In this document: piece after piece, positions 1 to 8,834 of the stretch
Position numbering within the stretch: the first letter of the stretch is position 1
How the letters are laid out: every line of letters begins with the position of its first letter
Origin: Patescibacteria group bacterium
GTDB taxonomy: Bacteria; Patescibacteriota; Minisyncoccia; Phycocordibacterales; UBA6065
Length of the DNA stretch: 55,876 nucleotides
Direction of reading: 5' to 3'
Assembly (NCBI GenBank): GCA_038063975.1
Contig: JBBTTY010000041.1
Location: 1-55,876 of the forward strand
Translations under genes and position numbers: made by a program
Notes under the pieces: model-generated
Database searches by the model: none
The model's input: the letters and a program-made list of their open reading frames with translations, nothing else
Told to the model about the DNA's origin: nothing

Positions 1-13
1 GAAATTAACTTGG

Positions 14-913
14 TTGGAAATGTCGCTCATAGCGTTTCTCATAGCGCTGTTTTTGTGGTGGCTTTATCCTACGGAAGTGGCAAAAACCAATGATATTATA
101 GTCGTTCAAAAAAAAGGATATAATATTTTTCCATCTATATCTATAGAAGCAAAATCAGCTTATGTTCTCGAGGTTCGCACAGGTAAAATCTTGTTTGAAA
201 AAGAGCCGGAACTGCAATGGCCTCTGGCATCTCTGACAAAACTAATGGTTGCCTTTACAGCTTCGAAATTAGTACCCGATTATATGCTGGTGCGTATAAC
301 ATCCGATGATGTAGGAGAAGAAGGGGACACAGGACTTTTCCCCGGCGAAGAATGGAATATAAAAAAGCTGATTGATTACAGCCTGGTCGTCTCTTCCAAT
401 GATGGTATTCGGGCCATAGCTTCGATTGCCGGATCCCAGATTGCCTCCCTCTCGGCCACCACTTCCGTAGATGCTCTCTTTGTTGAACGTATGAATATTC
501 TGGCGCGTGAAATAGGGCTGACGGAAACGTATTTTCTCAACCATTCCGGCATAGATGTTTCTGGAACTCTCTCTGGAGGGTACGGCTCGGCCAAAGACGT
601 GGCTTTGCTCACGGCGCAAATCTTGAAAACCAACTCTCACATACTCGAAGCCACGGCCTTCTCGAAAATAAACATAGGCTCAAAAAATAAAATCCACGAT
701 GCAGTCAATACAAACAAATCTCTGGAAAAAATTCCGAATGTTTTGGCTTCAAAGACTGGCTATACAGAACTATCTGGAGGTAATGTGATGTTGGCCTTTA
801 ATACCGGACTCGATCAACCAATCATTATTTCTATCCTCGGTTCCTCATATGAAGGCAGATTCAATGATTTGAATACTATTGTAAAGGCCACTCTAGAATA
901 TTTTGCAAAATAA
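14..913 (+). CDS. D-alanyl-D-alanine carboxypeptidase, peptidase S11 (PBP5/6-like)
   Basis: Ordered SxxK (SLTK), SxN (SSN) and KTG (KTGYT) motifs; N-terminal TM anchor; frame is open to the window edge, ATG at 20 is an alternative start. Confidence 0.85.
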   Translation: MEMSLIAFLIALFLWWLYPTEVAKTNDIIVVQKKGYNIFPSISIEAKSAYVLEVRTGKILFEKEPELQWPLASLTKLMVAFTASKLVPDYMLVRITSDDVGEEGDTGLFPGEEWNIKKLIDYSLVVSSNDGIRAIASIAGSQIASLSATTSVDALFVERMNILAREIGLTETYFLNHSGIDVSGTLSGGYGSAKDVALLTAQILKTNSHILEATAFSKINIGSKNKIHDAVNTNKSLEKIPNVLASKTGYTELSGGNVMLAFNTGLDQPIIISILGSSYEGRFNDLNTIVKATLEYFAK

Positions 914-914
914 T

Positions 915-2018
915 ATGAAGAAAAAACCAGTAGATAAAAAACTGCTCATTTCTATTCTCTTGCTCGTGCTAGCCGGTTTTCTCATATTTCTATCCGCATC
1001 TCTCGGCCTGTTGACTCGTGATTCGGTTCATTTTGGTTCCGCCGCCTGGAAACAGATATTTCTCGGGCTTCTTCCTGGTCTCCTCGCTCTCTATATTTTT
1101 TCAAGATTCGATTATATCAAATGGAGGAAGCTCTCATTTTGGTTTTTTCTTTTATCTATTGTGTTGAATGTTATTATTTTCATACCAGGTGTCGGTCTCA
1201 CTCATGGAGGAGCGACCAGATGGCTTCTCATAGGTTCTTTTTCTCTCCAAGTGTCGGAAGTTTTGAAAATTGCCACTATCATGTATTTTGCGGCTTGGCT
1301 TTCTTTTGTAAGAGAGAAAGTGACGACATGGAAGAGGGGATTTCTGCCCCTGGTCATCATACTCGCTATCACTGGCGTATTATGTCGCGCCCAATCTGAT
1401 ACAGATACATTTGTAGTCATTTCCATGTCTTTAGTCGCTATGTTTATGGTGGCGGGAGGCAAGTGGAAACATGCGACTATGATTGCTCTGATCGGTATTC
1501 TGGCCTTTGCATTCTTGGTGTATGAAAAGCCTTATATCCGCGCACGTATAAGCACTTTTTTGGATCCGTCTCTAAAAAGTCTCACGACCGGTTGGCAAAT
1601 ACAGCAATCTCTCATAGCTATAGGATCAGGTGCTGTTACGGGGCGGGGTTTTGGCCAAAGTATCCAAAAATTCAATTATTTGCCGGAGCCGGTTGGCGAT
1701 TCGATTTTTGCCGTGGCGGCCGAAGAGTTTGGTTTTGTAGGATCGCTCGGTCTCATTTTTCTCTTTGTTTTTTTTACATTACGCGCTCTCAAAGTGGCAA
1801 GTGTGGCGAATCATCCTTTTGGTACATTCGTTGGTGTAGGTATTGTCACATATATAATCGTCCAATCATTTGTAAATATTGCCGCCATGGTCGGTGTTTT
1901 GCCTCTATCAGGCATTCCACTACCTTTTGTCTCTCAAGGAGGTACGGCTCTGTTTTTCGTTCTAGCTGAAGTTGGCATATTGTTGAATATCTCCAAAAGT
2001 GCGAAAATGGTAAAATAA
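915..2018 (+). CDS. ftsW: SEDS-family protein FtsW/RodA/SpoVE
   Basis: Polytopic membrane protein with C-terminal LPLSGIPLPFVSQGGTA signature; directly upstream of murG; ORF-track TTG 903 trimmed to ATG 915. Confidence 0.85.
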   Translation: MKKKPVDKKLLISILLLVLAGFLIFLSASLGLLTRDSVHFGSAAWKQIFLGLLPGLLALYIFSRFDYIKWRKLSFWFFLLSIVLNVIIFIPGVGLTHGGATRWLLIGSFSLQVSEVLKIATIMYFAAWLSFVREKVTTWKRGFLPLVIILAITGVLCRAQSDTDTFVVISMSLVAMFMVAGGKWKHATMIALIGILAFAFLVYEKPYIRARISTFLDPSLKSLTTGWQIQQSLIAIGSGAVTGRGFGQSIQKFNYLPEPVGDSIFAVAAEEFGFVGSLGLIFLFVFFTLRALKVASVANHPFGTFVGVGIVTYIIVQSFVNIAAMVGVLPLSGIPLPFVSQGGTALFFVLAEVGILLNISKSAKMVK

Positions 2019-2035
2019 ACAGACTAATATTTAAT

Positions 2036-3163
2036 ATGAAAATTATTCTCACGGGCGGTGGCACGGGCGGGCATTTTTATCCGATAATTGCCGTAGCAGA
2101 ATCTATCAGAAGTATAACCAAAACAGAGAGGCTCATAGAGCCATCTCTCTACTACATGGGTCCAAAACAGTATGATGAAAAAGCCCTTTTTGAAAACGGC
2201 ATCATATTCGAAAGGTCGTATGCGGGCAAAATGAGGCGATACTTTTCCCTTCTAAATATTATAGACGCTGTAAAAACACTTATAGGCATCATAAACGCTA
2301 TCATAAGTGTCTGGAGAATATATCCGGATGTTGTTTTCAGCAAAGGGGGTTATGTCAGTTTTCCCGTGCTTTGTGCGGCGCGATTGCTACGCATCCCCGT
2401 TATTATCCATGAGTCTGATTCTCATCCAGGAAAAGTCAATTTATGGGCGGGTAAATTCGCTCTAAAAGTCGCTATTTCATATAAAGAAGCTGCCGCATAT
2501 TTTCCAGTTGGCAAAGTAGCTTTTACCGGCAATCCTGTGAGGCGCGAAGTGATGGAGCCGGCGCGGAATGGCGCGAGAGAATTTTTGAAAATCATTGATG
2601 ACTTGCCGGTCATTTTAATCCTCGGCGGCTCTCAAGGCTCGCAGAGGATAAATGAGAGCATCACAGGCATTTTGCCGGAGCTCGTCAAAAAATATCATGT
2701 TATACATCAGACAGGCAAGGAAAATATAGAAGAAATGATCCATACAGCCAATGTTATTTTGAATGAAAGCCAATATCATGATCGTTACAAGCCTTTTGCC
2801 TATCTCAACACTCTAGCAATGCGCATGGCGAGCGGTGCGGCTTCTCTCGTAATTTCTCGTGCCGGCTCGCAAATATTTGAAATCGCTCTCTGGGGTATTC
2901 CTTCCATTGTTATTCCTATTCCAGAAGAAATCAGTCACGACCAAACATCAAACGCTTTTGCTTATGCTGCATCGGGCGCTTGTTCTGTCATAGAAGAAAT
3001 AAATCTCACACCTCATATTCTGGCTTCCGAGATAGATCGCATCATAGGAAGTGCCGATATTCGGAAAAAAATGAAAGTTGGCGCTGGCCAGTTCGCCCAC
3101 CGAAATGCCGCAGATACTATTGCCAGGGAAGTCATACGGATTGCTCTGACACATGTAAAGTAA
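2036..3163 (+). CDS. murG: Undecaprenyl-PP-MurNAc-pentapeptide GlcNAc transferase MurG
   Basis: N-terminal GGTGGHFYP G-loop, GT28 length and layout, follows ftsW. Confidence 0.9.
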   Translation: MKIILTGGGTGGHFYPIIAVAESIRSITKTERLIEPSLYYMGPKQYDEKALFENGIIFERSYAGKMRRYFSLLNIIDAVKTLIGIINAIISVWRIYPDVVFSKGGYVSFPVLCAARLLRIPVIIHESDSHPGKVNLWAGKFALKVAISYKEAAAYFPVGKVAFTGNPVRREVMEPARNGAREFLKIIDDLPVILILGGSQGSQRINESITGILPELVKKYHVIHQTGKENIEEMIHTANVILNESQYHDRYKPFAYLNTLAMRMASGAASLVISRAGSQIFEIALWGIPSIVIPIPEEISHDQTSNAFAYAASGACSVIEEINLTPHILASEIDRIIGSADIRKKMKVGAGQFAHRNAADTIAREVIRIALTHVK

Positions 3164-3168
3164 AGTAT

Positions 3169-3198
3169 AAAAACACAGAATGTTGTATCTGTGTTTTT
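3169..3198 (+). terminator. Intrinsic terminator after murG
   Basis: AAAAACACAGA / TCTGTGTTTTT stem with 8-nt loop and T-run. Confidence 0.6.
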
Positions 3199-3225
3199 CA
3201 TTTCAAAAGAGGATATACTAGAGCC

Positions 3226-4641
3226 ATGCTTCGCCGTATAAAATACCTTTTCTCCAGGAGAAAGAAGGTGGTAACCAGGTTTCCTCCGAGTCCCACCGGT
3301 TTTTTACATATCGGGCGTGCTAGGACGGCTCTTTTCAATTATTTATATGCTCGAAAAAACCGAGGTTCTTTTATTTTTCGCATAGAAGACACGGACAAGA
3401 CCAGATCAAAAGATGAATACGAAAAAGACATCATTGAATCTCTAGAGTGGTTAGGTTTGTCATATGATAATCGTGAAATTTGGCATCAATCAGAGCGAAC
3501 CGAGGTTTATAGAAAATATTTGGAAAATCTGATAGGAGAGGGCAAAGCATATTTTTCAAAAGAAGAAAATCAAAAAGAAGGAGATAGGGCAGAGGTGATC
3601 AGGTTTAAAAATCCAAATATAAAAATAAAATTCACTGACATCATCCGCGGAGATGTCGAATTTAATACGACCGAGCTCGGTGATTTTGTCATCGCTCGGG
3701 ATGTCAATGATCCGGTGTATCACTTTACCGTGGTTGTCGATGATTTTTTGTCCGGAGTTACTCATGTCATTCGGGGAGAAGATGGCGTTTCAAATACCCC
3801 TAGACAGATTCTCATTCAAAAAGCTATCGGCGCGCCAGAACCCACATATGCGCATGTGCCGCTTATTTTGGCGGCTGATAAATCAAAACTTTCTGGTCGT
3901 CATGGTGCTGTTTCAGTTCGTCAGTTTAGAGAAAAAGGTTATTTGCCACAAGCATTGGTGAATTATTTGGCTCTGCTTGGATGGAATCCGGGAACAGCGC
4001 AGGAAATTTTTACTTTAGACGAACTCATTCTGGCTTTCGATCTCTCTAAAGTTCAAAAAGGCGGTGCTGTATTTGATGAGAAAAAACTGCGCTGGATAAA
4101 CAAAGAACATATAAAACGATTGCCGAAAAAAGATTTTGAAAAAGAATTGAAAAAACACATAGAATCATCGGAAAGGGTAAAGGATTTGGCATGGAAAGTT
4201 TCAAATGAAACGATAGAGAAAATCGCTCCTGTGATCATCGACAGAATAGAAGTGTATTCCGATATAGATAATATGATTACTGGGCGAGATCTGGATTTTT
4301 ATTTTTCCGAACCGCAGTATGATTGTTTATCTCTCAAATGGAAAGAAGAGCCAGACCTCTCTTCAACTCAAAACCATCTCAATTTTATACGATCAGAACT
4401 GGAAAAATTGCCGGAAAAAAGTTGGAATGAGGAGAATGTAAAAACTGTCGTTTGGCCGTACGCCGAAAATCAGGGCAGGGGAGAGGTTCTCTGGCCTTTC
4501 CGCTATGCCCTATCAGGCAAAGAAAAATCGCCAAACCCTTTTATTTTGGCTTCTATTTTAGGCAAGCAAACGACCTTAAAACGTATAGAAAAGGCGTTAA
4601 AATTATGTACTTCCGCTTGCGCCGATGCAAATATCTTATAG
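3226..4641 (+). CDS. gltX: Glutamate--tRNA ligase
   Basis: PSPTGFLHIGRART (HIGH) and KLSGR (KMSKS-like) motifs; ORF-track start 2980 overlaps murG and was replaced by ATG 3226. Confidence 0.9.
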   Translation: MLRRIKYLFSRRKKVVTRFPPSPTGFLHIGRARTALFNYLYARKNRGSFIFRIEDTDKTRSKDEYEKDIIESLEWLGLSYDNREIWHQSERTEVYRKYLENLIGEGKAYFSKEENQKEGDRAEVIRFKNPNIKIKFTDIIRGDVEFNTTELGDFVIARDVNDPVYHFTVVVDDFLSGVTHVIRGEDGVSNTPRQILIQKAIGAPEPTYAHVPLILAADKSKLSGRHGAVSVRQFREKGYLPQALVNYLALLGWNPGTAQEIFTLDELILAFDLSKVQKGGAVFDEKKLRWINKEHIKRLPKKDFEKELKKHIESSERVKDLAWKVSNETIEKIAPVIIDRIEVYSDIDNMITGRDLDFYFSEPQYDCLSLKWKEEPDLSSTQNHLNFIRSELEKLPEKSWNEENVKTVVWPYAENQGRGEVLWPFRYALSGKEKSPNPFILASILGKQTTLKRIEKALKLCTSACADANIL

Positions 4642-4668
4642 AAAAAATTTTGTATATTCTAAATAATG

Positions 4669-4763
4669 AAAAACATCAGATATAGTTTTGCGCTACTCGG
4701 GACGGGACCCTTGCCTAAGGGCAACCCCATCCCTCCGTTGCTCAAACTATATCTGATGTTTTT
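4669..4763 (+). repeat. Family-1 nested hairpin element, copy A (20-bp AT-rich stem + 55-nt GC-rich core)
   Basis: AAAAACATCAGATATAGTTT pairs with AAACTATATCTGATGTTTTT; core 4689-4743 is 54/55 identical to 36134-36188. Confidence 0.85.
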
Positions 4764-6003
4764 TTTATCACTTCTTTTTTTCACTCTCCCTGTTTTTGCC
4801 GAGTCTGTAGACGAATTGCGACAAAAAATTTCTGATAACAATAAAAAAATAGAAGATTTGCAAAATCAGATAGAACAGTACTCGACTCTACTCAATTCAA
4901 CTTCAAAAGAAGCTCAAACCCTCAAAAGCGCTCTGGCCACTCTCGAATTGACCCAGAAAAAATTGGAAGCCAGTCTGGCTTTGACCTCGACTCAAATATC
5001 AAAAACGAAACAGACTCTTACAGGTCTAAACGACGATATAAACGAGGCGGAAAAAAGTATAAATAAGGCTCTAGTGGTTATAGGCGAGAATATACGTATC
5101 ACCAATATGACAGAATCACAGTCGGTTGTAGAAGAACTGCTTGGCAACAAAAGCATCTCCGAAACTTGGAACTATGTGAACGCTCTCCATGCCATTCAGA
5201 GCAGGATAAAAATTGACCTAGAAAATTTGCGCGATTTGCGTTCGACTCTAGCCATAAAGATGGATCAGACCATAGGCGAAAAAACAAAATTGGAAACATA
5301 TCAAAAAAATCTCTCCGATCAGAAATCAGTGGTGGTCAATACCAAACAACAAAAAGACAAATTACTCAAAGACACCCAGAGCAAAGAATCAAATTACAAA
5401 ATCATTCTTACCGAAAAAATAAAACAAAAAGAAATTTTTGAAAAAGAACTTTTTGCCTATGAATCAAAACTGAAAATCGCCATTGATCCGTCAACTATAC
5501 CGAGCGCGAGAGCAGGGGTTCTATCATGGCCTCTCGATAAAGTCTTTATAACTCAATATTTCGGCAAATCATTTTCAGCCAAACGTCTTTACGTTTCTGG
5601 CACGCATAATGGCGTAGATTTTCGAGCTTCTATAGGCACCCCAATCAAAACAGCTCTCTCGGGTACGGTGACAGAGATGGAAGCCATTCGTGCCAAAAGT
5701 GGCTGTCAATATGGCAAATTTGTCCTCATAAAACACCCAAATGGTCTTTCTACCATATATGGCCACCTCTCTGTTGTATCCGTACAGCTTGGAGATACGG
5801 TCATAACGGGCGATACCATAGGTTATAGTGGCGATACGGGATACGCCACAGGCCCACATCTCCACTTTGGTTTATACATCACCCAAGGCATTCGCATAGT
5901 CGATTCGAGCTCTCTCGGCTCGTCACGCTGCACAGGTATAAAAACTGTCGCTGCGCCCCCAACTGCATATCTCGATCCGACGGCGTATTTGCCGAAGTTG
6001 TAA
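4756..6003 (+). CDS. M23 family metallopeptidase with N-terminal coiled coil (EnvC-like)
   Basis: HNGVDF and GPHLHFGLY LytM-type motifs; long coiled-coil region; signal peptide MFFLSLLFFTLPVFA begins at ATG 4756; ATG 4666 would translate the repeat element. Confidence 0.8.
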   Translation: MFFLSLLFFTLPVFAESVDELRQKISDNNKKIEDLQNQIEQYSTLLNSTSKEAQTLKSALATLELTQKKLEASLALTSTQISKTKQTLTGLNDDINEAEKSINKALVVIGENIRITNMTESQSVVEELLGNKSISETWNYVNALHAIQSRIKIDLENLRDLRSTLAIKMDQTIGEKTKLETYQKNLSDQKSVVVNTKQQKDKLLKDTQSKESNYKIILTEKIKQKEIFEKELFAYESKLKIAIDPSTIPSARAGVLSWPLDKVFITQYFGKSFSAKRLYVSGTHNGVDFRASIGTPIKTALSGTVTEMEAIRAKSGCQYGKFVLIKHPNGLSTIYGHLSVVSVQLGDTVITGDTIGYSGDTGYATGPHLHFGLYITQGIRIVDSSSLGSSRCTGIKTVAAPPTAYLDPTAYLPKL

Positions 6004-6030
6004 TTGAAACCATTCTGTTATACTTATTTC

Positions 6031-6348
6031 ATGATCAAATATATTATTATCATTCTCATTCTCATTATCGTTTTGAGTTTTTTCGGTTATGATTTAAAAG
6101 CTGTAATCGAATCTCCTTTAGCGCAAAAAAATTTAAATTACACAAAGAGTGGGGTAGAGTACGTCTGGGATGGTTATCTGAAAGGACCACTCACCTATTT
6201 GTATAAAAATATTTTCATAGGTGTTCTCTGGAAAGCTTTCATCCATAATTTAGGCAGGATAGACGCCGGAGCACCGAGTGAATTAGAAAATGCCGGCCAG
6301 AGATTTTTGCGCATAGAGGATGAGGGGTACCGGCCGATAGATCAATAA
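6031..6348 (+). CDS. Small membrane protein, function unknown
   Basis: ATG 6031 followed by hydrophobic helix IIIILILIIVLSFFGY; no recognisable motif. Confidence 0.45.
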   Translation: MIKYIIIILILIIVLSFFGYDLKAVIESPLAQKNLNYTKSGVEYVWDGYLKGPLTYLYKNIFIGVLWKAFIHNLGRIDAGAPSELENAGQRFLRIEDEGYRPIDQ

Positions 6349-6372
6349 TGAATACCTCAAATGAATACCTCA
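6347..6372. repeat. Perfect 13-bp tandem duplication AATGAATACCTCA x2
   Basis: 6347-6359 and 6360-6372 are identical; first copy overlaps the TAA stop of the 6031-6348 ORF. Confidence 0.9.
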
Positions 6373-6463
6373 TAAGAAGCATATATTAACTATATTACCG
6401 AAAAGATATATTGTGCGACATAGATATAAACCAGCTTTTGATCCTTCCCCAATACATACAAAT

Positions 6464-6493
6464 ACAAAAAAACTACCTTCACTTGAAGGTAGT
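6464..6493 (-). terminator. Intrinsic terminator of the 6503-7393 gene
   Basis: ACTACCTTC/GAAGGTAGT stem, T-run on the minus strand (plus-strand A-run 6464-6472). Confidence 0.6.
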
Positions 6494-6502
6494 TTGAGGG
6501 TT

Positions 6503-7393
6503 TTACTTTGTTGGAGGAGAATTAAATTCGGAATCCAACAAACCAGCCCGAGCCAAAAGCAAAATGTACACATCCGCATGTGCCAGCCGACACATATCGT
6601 TGCTACGTCTGACATTATGATAGTAATCATATATCCACTCCCCTGCAGGCTTGAGAACGAGACCGTAGGAAAATACGACCCTGTGAAGAGTTTCAATTAC
6701 GGGAAATTTACCGAAATTATCCTTGTAATGTGCATTCCAACAGGCCGTGAGGAGTGCTTTGGGATTCGTAGAGAACAGAGAATCGAGGATTTTTGGCATG
6801 AACGCTTGTCTATGCAAACTCAATTGTTCAATCAACTTACATTCGAGATTTCCGTATGAGCTTGAACCATAACCTATCTCTTTTTGACAAGTCAGAAGAT
6901 AACAGAGTTTCTCGCAACCTTTTGCAAGTGCTGTTGCTGTATTCTTATCTGAAGGAGATTTACCGGGAGGGATATTAATAAAGCAGTAATCACCGTCGAT
7001 ACTGAAGAAACTAATCATCGTGGCACATAATTCTGGTTGTTCAATTATAAGTTTTGAGATCACCCGATTAAATTCCAGAGGTCCTGGACCAGAATAGATA
7101 TCAATCGAATTTTGTTTCTCGAAAAACTGATATGCCAGTATTCCCCGAGCGAGTTTATGGACTTTATCCGATTCGCCGTTTCCATAGATGGCTTTTCTGA
7201 TAAGAAAAATAAGCCGTTTGGCGTATTCTTTTGCGCACACTTCTGGACTAGATCTCCCGGCAATGAGCTCCCCAATATCTGGCAAGAGAGCGTGGAGAAG
7301 GCCCATTTTCTCCGCCAAAGTTATTTCCTCTACATGGTATCGTTCGCGCCATTTATCAAACATACCAATTTTACTGACATCGACGTCATTCAT
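6503..7393 (-). CDS. Hypothetical protein (296 aa), no recognised domain
   Basis: Long ORF with its own terminator; cytoplasmic-looking, Cys-rich, no motif I can name. Confidence 0.6.
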   Translation of the reverse strand: MNDVDVSKIGMFDKWRERYHVEEITLAEKMGLLHALLPDIGELIAGRSSPEVCAKEYAKRLIFLIRKAIYGNGESDKVHKLARGILAYQFFEKQNSIDIYSGPGPLEFNRVISKLIIEQPELCATMISFFSIDGDYCFINIPPGKSPSDKNTATALAKGCEKLCYLLTCQKEIGYGSSSYGNLECKLIEQLSLHRQAFMPKILDSLFSTNPKALLTACWNAHYKDNFGKFPVIETLHRVVFSYGLVLKPAGEWIYDYYHNVRRSNDMCRLAHADVYILLLARAGLLDSEFNSPPTK

Positions 7394-7498
7394 AGTTATA
7401 CCTCTTTTTTCTATTGTTTACCCAGGTAATTTTTTAGGGCGGTTGTGATGAACTAACCGTTTTAGATATTACTCTTCCACGTCATTTTTGTCTAATAA

Positions 7499-7969
7499 TT
7501 ACTTCATGGCAATCTCACGGTATTTTTTCCAACATTTTGACGAACTGTTCCACGGGGTATCGCCGTATTTAGTATAAAGCCATTTGGCATAACCGAGATT
7601 TCCGTCGAATGTGTAGATATCGAAGCCAAGCTCGGTAGCATCTTCTTCATGGTAATACTTGTTGATCTGCATGATACCTATATCGCCTTTATTCACTTCG
7701 CCTCTAATCACACTTCCACGAGAGTCGAACTGTCTAAAGGTTGATTCGCATTTTGCTATCTCCGCTAGAATCGGATCACTGACAAAATAATCACGCACAT
7801 AGGCTTCTACGGATACAGAAGTGAGAGGATAGTTTGGTGATATTGCCTGCTCGGTCGTATCAGCCTTCATGTTCGTGTCTAGATTTGCTTTCGTATCGAC
7901 AAGCATTTTGGCGGTTATCGGTGTGAATGCAGAGAGGAGCATGAGAAATGTGGTTGTAAGTTCTATCAT
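7499..7969 (-). CDS. Secreted lytic transglycosylase / lysozyme-like domain protein
   Basis: N-terminal signal/TM segment; AKCESTFRQF ... GDIGIMQIN ... Y pattern typical of SLT/goose-lysozyme-like catalytic Glu region. Confidence 0.6.
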   Translation of the reverse strand: MIELTTTFLMLLSAFTPITAKMLVDTKANLDTNMKADTTEQAISPNYPLTSVSVEAYVRDYFVSDPILAEIAKCESTFRQFDSRGSVIRGEVNKGDIGIMQINKYYHEEDATELGFDIYTFDGNLGYAKWLYTKYGDTPWNSSSKCWKKYREIAMK

Positions 7970-8048
7970 AAAAAGCCTTTAAAATAAATCATCAGAGATC
8001 AATCTCTGATGTGCCTCCATTGTGGCACTTATCGTTCTAGTTGTCAAT

Positions 8049-8077
8049 AGTTTACAAGAAAATGGAGTATTTGTCAA
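8049..8077 (-). promoter_or_regulatory. Sigma70-like promoter for the 7499-7969 gene
   Basis: Minus strand TTGACA (8077-8072), 17-nt spacer, TAAACT (8054-8049). Confidence 0.4.
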
Positions 8078-8080
8078 CCC

Positions 8081-8104
8081 AAAACGGCTCAATAGAGCCG
8101 TTTT
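8081..8104 (-). terminator. Intrinsic terminator after the 8123-8509 gene
   Basis: AAAACGGCTC AATA GAGCCGTTTT, symmetric A/T runs. Confidence 0.6.
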
Positions 8105-8122
8105 AAAGTCTTGCCAGTTAGC

Positions 8123-8509
8123 CTATATTCCTTTGCAATTTCCAGCTGGGCTATAACCAGCCTTTTCCGCTTCTATTTTGGAAGAAAACCAGATTTTATT
8201 AGCTTCATTTATTTGTTTGGCGCCTGGACAGGTCAGCAAATGATATTTTGTGCCTGATTTTGAGCCGATATAAACACCTTTGTTTAAATTAGGTTTTAAA
8301 TTAGGTAAAGTAGAACTGATAGACTCTGGAGAAATCCAGTCTCCCCTTTCAATCGTAATTGGTTTTCTATTTGTTTCTATGGAGGATATTTTACCCAAGA
8401 AAAAAGAACCCAATCCAACAAAAATAACGATTAAAATGGTATACAAATCTCTCTTGTCGAGAATCCGAGCCAAAATCTTGATTTTTGATACATATTTGTG
8501 TATATTCAT
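8123..8509 (-). CDS. Membrane-anchored protein with C-terminal Ada-like/sunset-type motif
   Basis: One TM helix; C-terminal KYHLLTCPGAKQINEANKIWFSSKIEAEKAGYSPAGNC matches the YH..C....I...N...F.S...A...GY pattern. Confidence 0.5.
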   Translation of the reverse strand: MNIHKYVSKIKILARILDKRDLYTILIVIFVGLGSFFLGKISSIETNRKPITIERGDWISPESISSTLPNLKPNLNKGVYIGSKSGTKYHLLTCPGAKQINEANKIWFSSKIEAEKAGYSPAGNCKGI

Positions 8510-8529
8510 TGTTCAAGCATACAACAAAT

Positions 8530-8802
8530 ATGGCAACCAAAAAATCAGCAGGTACAACCAAAAACGGCCGCGATTCAAATCCACGATATCTTGGGATCAA
8601 ACTTTATGCCGGTGAACAGGCCAAAATCGGTTCTATTATCATTCGTCAGGAGGGTCTCAATACATTGGCCGGCAAAAATACTGCTCTCGGTCGCGATTAC
8701 ACTATTTACGCCACAAAAGACGGCATCGTCAGAAATTCTATAAAAAGAAAAGTCGGATTCAATAACAAGACGAAGATAAAAAATGTTGTAAATATAGAGT
8801 AG
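8530..8802 (+). CDS. rpmA: 50S ribosomal protein L27
   Basis: MATKKSAGTTKNGRDSNPRYLGIK N-terminus; ORF-track start 8485 trimmed to ATG 8530. Confidence 0.9.
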   Translation: MATKKSAGTTKNGRDSNPRYLGIKLYAGEQAKIGSIIIRQEGLNTLAGKNTALGRDYTIYATKDGIVRNSIKRKVGFNNKTKIKNVVNIE

Positions 8803-8834
8803 GGAAAATAAACAAAAAAATCACCATCTGTTTG

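Noticed and set aside
2980-3225. N-terminal 82-codon extension of the gltX ORF
   Set aside because: It overlaps the 3' end of murG in another frame and is Cys/Arg-rich nonsense. The GltX homology begins at ATG 3226, after the murG terminator.
4659-4841. Short ORFs crossing the family-1 elements (also 19916-20143 minus, 36133-36396 plus, 19635-19820 plus across family 2)
   Set aside because: They lie on different strands and frames at each copy. 4659-4841 and 19916-20143 share only the peptide encoded by the invariant hairpin apex (PLGKGP); 36133-36396 is on the opposite strand and does not encode it. They overlap real neighbouring genes. Conservation is at the nucleotide/structure level.
8485-8529. 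ORF-track extension of rpmA and the overlapping 8280-8615 / 8391-8600 ORFs
   Set aside because: L27 homology starts at MATKKSAG (ATG 8530). The other ORFs are antisense or out-of-frame to the 8123-8509 gene and rpmA.
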